From an uncultured Alphaproteobacteria bacterium (GTDB lineage Bacteria > Pseudomonadota > Alphaproteobacteria > HIMB59 > GCA-002718135), in contig CACEMR010000001.1 in NCBI GenBank assembly GCA_902560725.1, positions 134,713-198,712 on the forward strand: a DNA stretch of 64,000 nt, read 5' to 3'. Below the pieces are notes generated by a model. That model did no database searches. It was not told where the DNA came from and was given only the letters and a program-made list of their open reading frames with translations. Positions 26,077 to 33,648 of the stretch are shown one piece after another. A program made the position numbers and the translations under genes. The stretch's first letter is position 1. Every line of letters starts with the position of its first letter.

Positions 26077-28113
26077 ATGGGTGAGGTAAGGCAAATAAAA
26101 AAAGAAAAGTCAATTTCCCAATTGGAAAGGCTAAAAGCGCAAGGTCCACCAAGAGAGGCAAACTTATTTTATTCATTGTGTGAAAATGGCCAAGACAAAA
26201 TTAACAAAACTCAATTTAAACAAGCATTGTTTGATGCAGGATTAAGCTCTCTAGACTATCGTCTAAAAAGCCTCTTTGAGAAACTAGAAAAGCATGGTGA
26301 GCAAATAGATTTTGAAGAATTTATGTCTTTCACAAGAACAGGTGGATTACTCGCTGAAAAAGCTCTTCGCGGAGAACTTGCAGTTCCAGACTTCAGGGAT
26401 TTTTCGAGAAACTTGGATAAAATCTATGACGAAGTTCTTCCAAATAGGTCGGGAGACTTAGCTCGTTATATACCACCGCTTGCAGAGGTTGATCCAGAAC
26501 AATTCGGTATAGCGGTTGTTACTACTGATGGACAAATTTATCAGCGAGGTGATACGAATGTAGACTTCTCAATTCAATCAATGTGTAAACCTTTCAATTA
26601 CTCTTTTGCAATTGAGAATCTTGGATTAGAAAAAGTTAATCGTCATGTAGGTGTGGAACCCTCAGGTCGACAGTTTGATGATTTAACACTTATGGTAAAA
26701 GGCATGGGAGGCAGTAGCTTGTCACCTAACAATAAAGTTCCGTTTAATCCAATGGTAAATGCAGGGGCAATTATGACCACTGGTTTAATCAATCCAAGGG
26801 ATACAACAAATGATCGGCTTCAATATATAAGAGAACAGTTTGGTCGAATAATAGGTTGGAATAAAGAAGAAACTTCTGGTGTTAACTTGCCAAGATTTAA
26901 TAAGACAATGGCTCGCCAAGAAAACTTTAAAGGCTACAATAACATAGCTACAGGTTTCTTACTAATGGCTACAGGTAACATTCCTTACTCAGAGTCTTTA
27001 TTGCCCGATGATATTTACGAAGATAGTCAATATGAATATGATTTTTATGTAGAACCTGCAGTCACAAATGCTTTGAAAGTATACTTTAGTATTTGCTCAT
27101 TAGAAATGACAGGAAAAGATGTTGCCATGGCTGCAGCAACACTAGCCAATGGTGGCGTCTGTCCAATTACTCAAGATCGAGTTATGAGCCAAAAAACTGT
27201 TCGAAACGTACTTCCCGTTGTCCAAACAGCAGGAATGTATAATAGCAGCGGTCAGTTCTTTCAGGAAATAGGCTTACCATCAAAAAGTGGTGTTGGTGGC
27301 GGTATATTACTTATAGTCCCCCAGCTAATGGGAATCTGTATTTTTTCTCCTCGACTAGATTTAGTTGGAAATAGTGTGCGCGGCATTGATGTTGCAAGAA
27401 GAGTTACACAAAAATATCTCGTTCATGCTTTTGATGGTACTATGACTGATACCGATAGAATTGATCCCAAGCTTCCAATTGCAAGATGGCGAGCTAATAG
27501 TTGCGGAGAAGCAATATGGGCTGCAAGTAATGGCGATGTTAGAACTCTTGAACGCCTTGTTAGCCAGCAAAGAGATTTAGAAGCTGGCGATTATGACATA
27601 AGAACACCTCTTCATTTAGCCTCTGCTGAGGGACAATTAGAAGTGGTTAAGTTTTTGTTAAGCCACGGAGTAAAACCAATACCCGATCGATGGGGAGGTT
27701 ATCCAATTTCTGACGCAAGAAATAATAATCATCAAGAAATTATTGATGAATTTAACAAATTAGACATTGAGTATACAGAGCCTGTTCATTTGGTTGAGGA
27801 ACCAGAGGGGTTAACTGACGAAATGGTAACCTTTGATAATGAATTAATGGTAATCGAGTTACTCTTTGCTGCAGCTGAGAACGATGTTAATGGTTTAAGA
27901 CAACTAGTGGCCAAAGGAGTTCCTGTTCATGCTGGAGACTATGACTCTCGAACTTCATTACACCTTGCAGCAGCTGAGGGAAGTTTACAGGCGGTTAAAT
28001 ATTTGGTTTCTCATGGGCACCCTTTAAATGTTCGTGATCGATGGGGATCCACACCGTTAGATGAAGCCAAAAGAGAGAAGCGAGAAGAAGTTATTAAATA
28101 TTTGAGTCAGTAA
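26077..28113 (+). CDS. kidney-type (eukaryote-like) glutaminase: EF-hand-like N-domain + glutaminase core + two ankyrin-repeat modules
   Basis: Serine-beta-lactamase-like glutaminase motifs are present: [11 protein letters not shown] (S-x-x-K), [40 protein letters not shown]. The N-terminal segment [27 protein letters not shown] is colinear with animal GLS (recalled from memory). The C-terminus has GDYD.RT.LHLA.AEG...VK.L.SHG...DRWG..P repeated twice. Confidence 0.9.
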   Translation: [678 protein letters not shown]

Positions 28114-28134
28114 AAATTTCTATTTTATATTAAG

Positions 28135-28224
28135 TGGCGGAGAGAGAGGGATTCGAACCCTCGGTAGTATTGCTACTACACACGCTTTCCAAGCGTGCTG
28201 ATTAAACCGCTCTCACATCTCTCC
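28135..28224 (-). tRNA. tRNA-Ser (anticodon GGA), CCA encoded
   Basis: The minus strand reads GGAGAGATGTGAGAGCGGTTTAATCAGCACGCTTGGAAAGCGTGTGTAGTAGCAATACTACCGAGGGTTCGAATCCCTCTCTCTCCGCCA. It folds by eye: acceptor GGAGAGA/TCTCTCC, anticodon stem CACGC/GCGTG with loop TTGGAAA, long variable arm GTAGTA-GCAA-TACTAC, and T arm GAGGG-TTCGAAT-CCCTC. Confidence 0.92.
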
Positions 28225-28299
28225 TTTTAAAGACAAAGAACATATTTATTTATACATAATAAAATATATAAGTAACATTACAAATTTTAATTATATTTA

Positions 28300-29010
28300 A
28301 TGAATTCAAAACTTCAAAATCTCAGTATTGTTGTACCAGTTTACAACGAAGAAAAAACTTTACTAGAACTTTTAAAAAAAATTGAAGTATTAAAAAGTGG
28401 ATGTAATCTTGAAGTTATAATTATTAATGATGGTTCATCAGATAATTCAAGACAAATTATAGATAATAATAAAGACTTATATAGCAAAGCTATACACTTA
28501 GAAAAAAATTCTGGTAAAGGAAGAGCTGTTATTGAGGGAATAAAAGAATGCAATTATGATTATATTCTAATTCAAGATGCTGATCTAGAATATGACCCTA
28601 ATGATATTTTTATGTTTTTGAAAGAAAATGAAAAATTTAATTATGATTTAATTATGGGGAGTAGATTTATTGGTACTCGAAGATCTGTTCTTCATTTTTG
28701 GCATATGATTGGTAATAAATTCATAACACTATTATTTAACATATTAAATAATACTACTTTTACCGATATTTATTGTTGTTATTGTATGTTTAAAAGAGAT
28801 TTAATTGATGTAAATAATCTCAAATGTAATAATTGGGGTCAACAAGCTGAAATTCTAACTTATATAATTAATAAAGACTCTAAAATATATGAAATAGGAG
28901 TAAGCTACCACGGTAGAAAATATAGTGAAGGTAAAAAAATAAGATATTATGACGTATTTTCAGTTGTATACTGGATAATTTCAACAAAAATTAAAAAGTT
29001 TTTTCCATGA
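28300..29010 (+). CDS. family 2 glycosyltransferase, DPM1-like polyprenyl-phosphate sugar synthase type
   Basis: LSIVVPVYNEE N-terminus, INDGSSD, and an IQDADLEYDP motif. 236 aa. Confidence 0.8.
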   Translation: MNSKLQNLSIVVPVYNEEKTLLELLKKIEVLKSGCNLEVIIINDGSSDNSRQIIDNNKDLYSKAIHLEKNSGKGRAVIEGIKECNYDYILIQDADLEYDPNDIFMFLKENEKFNYDLIMGSRFIGTRRSVLHFWHMIGNKFITLLFNILNNTTFTDIYCCYCMFKRDLIDVNNLKCNNWGQQAEILTYIINKDSKIYEIGVSYHGRKYSEGKKIRYYDVFSVVYWIISTKIKKFFP

Positions 29011-30188
29011 AATGTAAAGTTTGTAACTCTACAAAAATAGTTGAAGTTGTTAATCTTGGAAAACAACCATTAGCAAATAAATATCCTAAAAATAATACTG
29101 AAATTTTAAATGAAAAAAAATTCATATTAAAAATTTTATTTTGTAAAAATTGCAGGGCAGGTCAAATTAAAAAAATAATTAATAGAAATATTTTATTTGA
29201 GGATTATTATTATCTTTCGTCTGTAAATAAAAAACTAAAAGAACACTTTGAAAGATTAGCCATTAAAATAAAAAAATATAATTTTGTAGTAGATATCGGT
29301 TCTAATGATGGTATTTTATTAAAACCTTTAAAAAAATTAAATGTAAAATCAATAGGAATAGACCCTTCGGTAAATGTAGGAAAAATAGCCAACGATAGAG
29401 GCTTAGAAACATATATAGGTTTTTTTGATAAAAATATTATTAAAAAAATACTGAAAAAAAATAATAAACCAGATTTAATCGTTGCATCTAGTGTTGTTAC
29501 ACATCTAGAAAATCCAATAAAGTTTGCTAAAGATATAAAGAGTTTTTTAGAAAAAGATGGAACATTAATTATAGAAATTGAATATCTTCAAAATTTTTTA
29601 AAAAATTTGGAATTTGAAAGATTTTATTTTGATAGACCATTCTATTATTCTGCAAATTCTATAAAAGAACTTTTCAGAAATGTTGGAATGAAATTATATG
29701 ATATTGAAAAAATTGAACCTCATGGTGGATCGTTAAGATGTTTCATTAAAAATTCATTAAATACAAAAATTTCAAATAGATGTAAAAAAATACTAAATAA
29801 TGAAAAACAAAATTTAAATTTAAATGCATTTAAAAAATTCAATAAACAAATTTACAAAAACTCTAAAATTTTAAAAGCCCAGTTAAATTATTTTAATAAA
29901 AAAGGTTATAATATTATTGGTTATGGTGCTCCAGCAAGAGTTTCAACAATTACTAATGTAGCAAAAATTGACTCAAGTTTAATTAAGTATATTATAGATG
30001 ATAGTCCGCTTAAACAGAATAGATTTTCTCCAGGAATGAATATTAAAATTTTACCAAGAAAAAATAATATAAATAAGAACATTGATGTAGTAATTGTATT
30101 TGCTTATGAGTATTTTAAAGATATTAAAAAATTTTTTACCAAAATAAAAGTTCAGTTTTTTAAACCAATTCCATTCGGTAAATTATAA
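29007..30188 (+). CDS. SAM-dependent sugar C-methyltransferase-like protein (N-terminal zinc ribbon + methyltransferase + C-terminal C-MT domain)
   Basis: CKVCNS..(28)..CKNCRAGQ zinc ribbon and VVDIGSNDG SAM motif I. The roughly 390 aa architecture resembles NDP-hexose C-methyltransferases (TylCIII-like). Confidence 0.65.
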   Translation: MKCKVCNSTKIVEVVNLGKQPLANKYPKNNTEILNEKKFILKILFCKNCRAGQIKKIINRNILFEDYYYLSSVNKKLKEHFERLAIKIKKYNFVVDIGSNDGILLKPLKKLNVKSIGIDPSVNVGKIANDRGLETYIGFFDKNIIKKILKKNNKPDLIVASSVVTHLENPIKFAKDIKSFLEKDGTLIIEIEYLQNFLKNLEFERFYFDRPFYYSANSIKELFRNVGMKLYDIEKIEPHGGSLRCFIKNSLNTKISNRCKKILNNEKQNLNLNAFKKFNKQIYKNSKILKAQLNYFNKKGYNIIGYGAPARVSTITNVAKIDSSLIKYIIDDSPLKQNRFSPGMNIKILPRKNNINKNIDVVIVFAYEYFKDIKKFFTKIKVQFFKPIPFGKL

Positions 30189-31228
30189 TGAGTACTTTGT
30201 TGCAATCCGATGTTGATACCATAATTAAAAATACAAAAAAAATATCAAACTATTTTAATGGAAAAAAAATATTAATAACCGGGGGAAATGGATTTTTAGG
30301 AAAATATTTTGTAGAAGTGTTTAAGGAGTATAATAAATATTTAAAAAAACCAGTTCAAATATACATTTATGATAAAACTTTCAAAAAAAATAAATTATTA
30401 AAATCATCTAATTTAAGTTTTATAAAAAAAGATGTTTCAAAAAAATTTTCTAATAGAAAAAAATTTGATGTTGTGATTCACGCAGCAGGAATAGCGAGTC
30501 CATTTTACTATAGAAAACAACCAATCGAAACTCTAGACGTAGCTATAAATGGCACAAGAAACTGTTTAGAAATTGCGAAAAAAAATAATGCGAAATTTAT
30601 TTTTTTTAGTTCTAGCGAAATATACGGTGATCCAGATAAGTATAACGTTCCAACAAAAGAGTCATATAGAGGTAATGTAAGCTCACTTGGACCTAGGGCT
30701 TGTTATGATGAAAGCAAACGATTAGGTGAAACATTGTGTTATATTTACAATAATTATTATAATCTACACACTAACATAATAAGACCTTTTAATATTTATG
30801 GTCCTGGAATGGGTCAAAAAGATTATCGTATATTTCCAAACTTTATTAGTAATATATTAAATAATAAAAAAATTAATATTTATGGATCTGGTAATCAAAC
30901 GAGAACATATTGCTATATTTCAGATGCTGTTGAGGGTTTTATAAGAGTGATATGTTCTGGTAAATCTGGAGAAGCATATAACATTGGAAATGACAAGCCT
31001 GAAGTTTCAGTTAAAGATATTTATAAAATATTTAAAAAAATTCATAATAAAAAAATAGATGCCAAATTTATAAGTCATCCTAAATCATATCCAGATGATG
31101 AACCACAAAGGAGATGTCCAAATATTAGTAAAGCAAAAAAAGATTTAAATTATAAAACAAGAGTTAATTTAGAAAATGGTTTAAAAATTTTTTTAGAGTG
31201 GGCAAAGACTAATTACAAAGTTTTCTAA
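30188..31228 (+). CDS. extended SDR NAD-dependent sugar decarboxylase/dehydratase (UDP-glucuronate decarboxylase/ArnA C-domain-like)
   Basis: ITGGNGFLGKYF Rossmann motif, SSSEIYGDP, and CYDESKRLGE (Y-x3-K), similar to UXS-type enzymes. Confidence 0.75.
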   Translation: MSTLLQSDVDTIIKNTKKISNYFNGKKILITGGNGFLGKYFVEVFKEYNKYLKKPVQIYIYDKTFKKNKLLKSSNLSFIKKDVSKKFSNRKKFDVVIHAAGIASPFYYRKQPIETLDVAINGTRNCLEIAKKNNAKFIFFSSSEIYGDPDKYNVPTKESYRGNVSSLGPRACYDESKRLGETLCYIYNNYYNLHTNIIRPFNIYGPGMGQKDYRIFPNFISNILNNKKINIYGSGNQTRTYCYISDAVEGFIRVICSGKSGEAYNIGNDKPEVSVKDIYKIFKKIHNKKIDAKFISHPKSYPDDEPQRRCPNISKAKKDLNYKTRVNLENGLKIFLEWAKTNYKVF

Positions 31229-31229
31229 T

Positions 31230-32123
31230 ATGATTAATATTGGTATTGTTGGATGTGGTCATTGGGCCTTAAAAATAATCAATGAGATAAATAATAATAA
31301 AAAATTTAATCTAACTTCTATTGTTTGCCGAAATAAAAATAGTAATTTCAAAACATTAAAAGTTTTTGATACTGTTGAAAAAATGATTAATGCAAATATA
31401 ATTGACTGTATATACGTTGCGGCCGAACCAAAATTAAATTTAGAAATTGTGAATCTTATAAAAAATAAAAAAATACCAATAATTTTAGAAAAGCCAGTTA
31501 CAGACACATTAATAAATGCAAAAGAATTAAAAAATATAGCAATAAATAATAATTTAATGATTTATCCAAATTTAACAAATTATTTTTCTGAAACGTTTAA
31601 TGAATTAAAAAATTTAGTGGATAATAATTTTTTAAAAATAAAAGAAATAATCATATATGAGGGAAATTTTGGTCCCTTTAGAAAAAATATTAACCCTATT
31701 TGGGATTGGGGCTACCATTCAATTTCTCTTTTATTTCTTTTATTTGATTATAAGAAATTTTCAGATGTCAAAAAAAAGGAAATTAAATCTAATAATATCT
31801 ATGGAAAAGGTATTGTAACTAAATTTTACTTTAAAATAAATTCAAAAATTAATGTAAAAATAATAACTGGTAATTTATTTAAAAAAAAAATAAGAAAGAT
31901 TAAAATTGTACTTAATAACAATGAAAATATTTTAAATGATATGATTGTTCATGAAATTAAATTTAATAATAAACAAATATTTAAAAATAAAAAATCACCA
32001 ATTTCTTCACTATTAAATACTTTTGAAAAATCAATTAAAATAAATGATTTTGAAATTTCTAACAATTTAATTGACGTATCTTACCACACAACTAAGTTTT
32101 TAGATAAATTTTACAGATGTTAG
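31230..32123 (+). CDS. Gfo/Idh/MocA-family NAD(P)-dependent oxidoreductase
   Basis: IGIVGCGHWA N-terminal Rossmann motif and an ILEKPV motif characteristic of the family. Confidence 0.6.
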   Translation: MINIGIVGCGHWALKIINEINNNKKFNLTSIVCRNKNSNFKTLKVFDTVEKMINANIIDCIYVAAEPKLNLEIVNLIKNKKIPIILEKPVTDTLINAKELKNIAINNNLMIYPNLTNYFSETFNELKNLVDNNFLKIKEIIIYEGNFGPFRKNINPIWDWGYHSISLLFLLFDYKKFSDVKKKEIKSNNIYGKGIVTKFYFKINSKINVKIITGNLFKKKIRKIKIVLNNNENILNDMIVHEIKFNNKQIFKNKKSPISSLLNTFEKSIKINDFEISNNLIDVSYHTTKFLDKFYRC

Positions 32124-32130
32124 TTATTAT

Positions 32131-33648
32131 ATGAGTATAGAATTTTTAAATCTTTTTCTTTATCCAATACTTACTCTAATAATTTTGATAAGTGTTCTGG
32201 GTTATGGAAATTTCTTCAATAATGTCTTCTCTTTAAATAAAATTGAATTAGAACTAAAAAATATAATATTCATCCAAGGATTAGTATTTGTTGGTTTTTT
32301 TTTTATTTTTATAAATTTTTTTATACCAATATCTAATTTTATAAGTTTATTAACAATACTATTAGGAGCATTATTATATTTTTTTTTTATTTATAAAAAA
32401 AAAATAAAGAGAAATGAAGTAATATTTATTTTATCCGTTCTAGTTTTTAGTATTATTTATTCATTTTATGCAGGATTTAATGATGACTTCAATTATCATT
32501 ATGAAACTATTAAAAACTACAAAAATAAAGATTTATTTGAAATTCTTCACCATAGAAGAGTAAGCTATAATTCTCATTGGTTATTTTTAACATCTATTTT
32601 TTCAGTAAGTTTTTTTACAAGTACACTATTCATTCTTTCATCTTTATTTTTTTCAATATCAATTTACGATTTTTTTAATTTATCCAGAAGAGCAATTAGA
32701 AATAAGGAGTACTATTTATCAATTACATCTTTTTTGATTCTCATTTTCTTTTTAGGGGTATTAAATCAACTTAAAGATTTAGGTACTGACATACCTGGTG
32801 TAATAATTAGTATTTATATTATAATTATTATTTTTAATCATTTATTAGATAAAAAAACTGAGTCAATAAATGATATTTTTTTAATTATATTATTACTATC
32901 TTTGTTTGCTTTTATAATTAAAATATCAAATGTTCTTATTTTTCTTTTTTTATTTTTTTTATTATTCAAAATAAAATATAATAAAATTAATTATCGGTGG
33001 TTTTTTTTAATTTGTTTAATTCCAGTTCCATGGTTTTTTCAAAATTATGTAATTAGTAGTTGTATAATTTGGCCAATAACTATTACGTGTATTTCAAATA
33101 CAGATTTAGCTATCAGTGAAATTTATTTAATTGAATCTTTTGCTAAAGGCGATCAAAATACATCTATTGATTTAAATAATCTTAGCTGGATTAAGTTGTG
33201 GCTTACTAATCACTCTTCTAAAATGTTAGAAACTTATTTTATATACTTTATTATACTAATAATACCCTTCATTTATGTTTTTTTTAAAAAAAGAAATAAT
33301 AAAATATTTATAATAAAATATTTAAAAGATAAATACTTAGGCATTAATTATAAATTTTTTATTTTAATTATTTTATTTTGTAATTTAATATGGTTTTTCT
33401 TTGCACCAGCCTATAGGTTTGGTGTATTTTATAATTTATTTTTTATAATCATATTATTGCTTCCATTGTGGTTATTTATGGTAGAAAATAATTATCAATT
33501 CATTTTAAAATATTCTAAAACAGTTTTAATAGTTATTTTTATCTATTTTATATTTGAAAATATTACCAGATTAGATTGGTACATGAAACGTTATGATGTT
33601 TGGCCGCCAATAAGCAAAGGTGAATTATTAGAAAGAAAAAATATTTAA
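32131..33648 (+). CDS. large polytopic membrane protein of unknown family (GT-C-like candidate), paralog of 22967..24769
   Basis: 505 aa and highly hydrophobic. Colinear motifs are shared with the 22967 ORF: [46 protein letters not shown]. Confidence 0.6.
   Translation: MSIEFLNLFLYPILTLIILISVLGYGNFFNNVFSLNKIELELKNIIFIQGLVFVGFFFIFINFFIPISNFISLLTILLGALLYFFFIYKKKIKRNEVIFILSVLVFSIIYSFYAGFNDDFNYHYETIKNYKNKDLFEILHHRRVSYNSHWLFLTSIFSVSFFTSTLFILSSLFFSISIYDFFNLSRRAIRNKEYYLSITSFLILIFFLGVLNQLKDLGTDIPGVIISIYIIIIIFNHLLDKKTESINDIFLIILLLSLFAFIIKISNVLIFLFLFFLLFKIKYNKINYRWFFLICLIPVPWFFQNYVISSCIIWPITITCISNTDLAISEIYLIESFAKGDQNTSIDLNNLSWIKLWLTNHSSKMLETYFIYFIILIIPFIYVFFKKRNNKIFIIKYLKDKYLGINYKFFILIILFCNLIWFFFAPAYRFGVFYNLFFIIILLLPLWLFMVENNYQFILKYSKTVLIVIFIYFIFENITRLDWYMKRYDVWPPISKGELLERKNI

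Larger units (their letters stand above)
25841..28134. mobile_element. putative integrase-less islet 2 (compositionally foreign, glutaminase cargo)
   Basis: Bounded by tRNA fragment 2 and the 3-prime end of the intact tRNA-Ser. G+C is visibly much higher than in the flanks. It holds a single gene and no recombinase. Confidence 0.6.

Noticed and set aside
25841-28134. The higher-GC glutaminase segment as a contaminant or chimeric assembly join
   Set aside because: Not fully excluded without reads. It is considered less likely because both boundaries coincide to the base with tRNA-Ser repeat ends, as expected for site-specific integration, and because the flanking glycan genes continue coherently on both sides.
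24776-28224. Search for an integrase, excisionase, transposase or phage genes associated with the tRNA repeats
   Set aside because: No ORF of 60 aa or more in or beside the islets has recombinase-like motifs. The only ORFs are the secreted protein and the glutaminase. The region is therefore reported as integrase-less rather than as a prophage or ICE.
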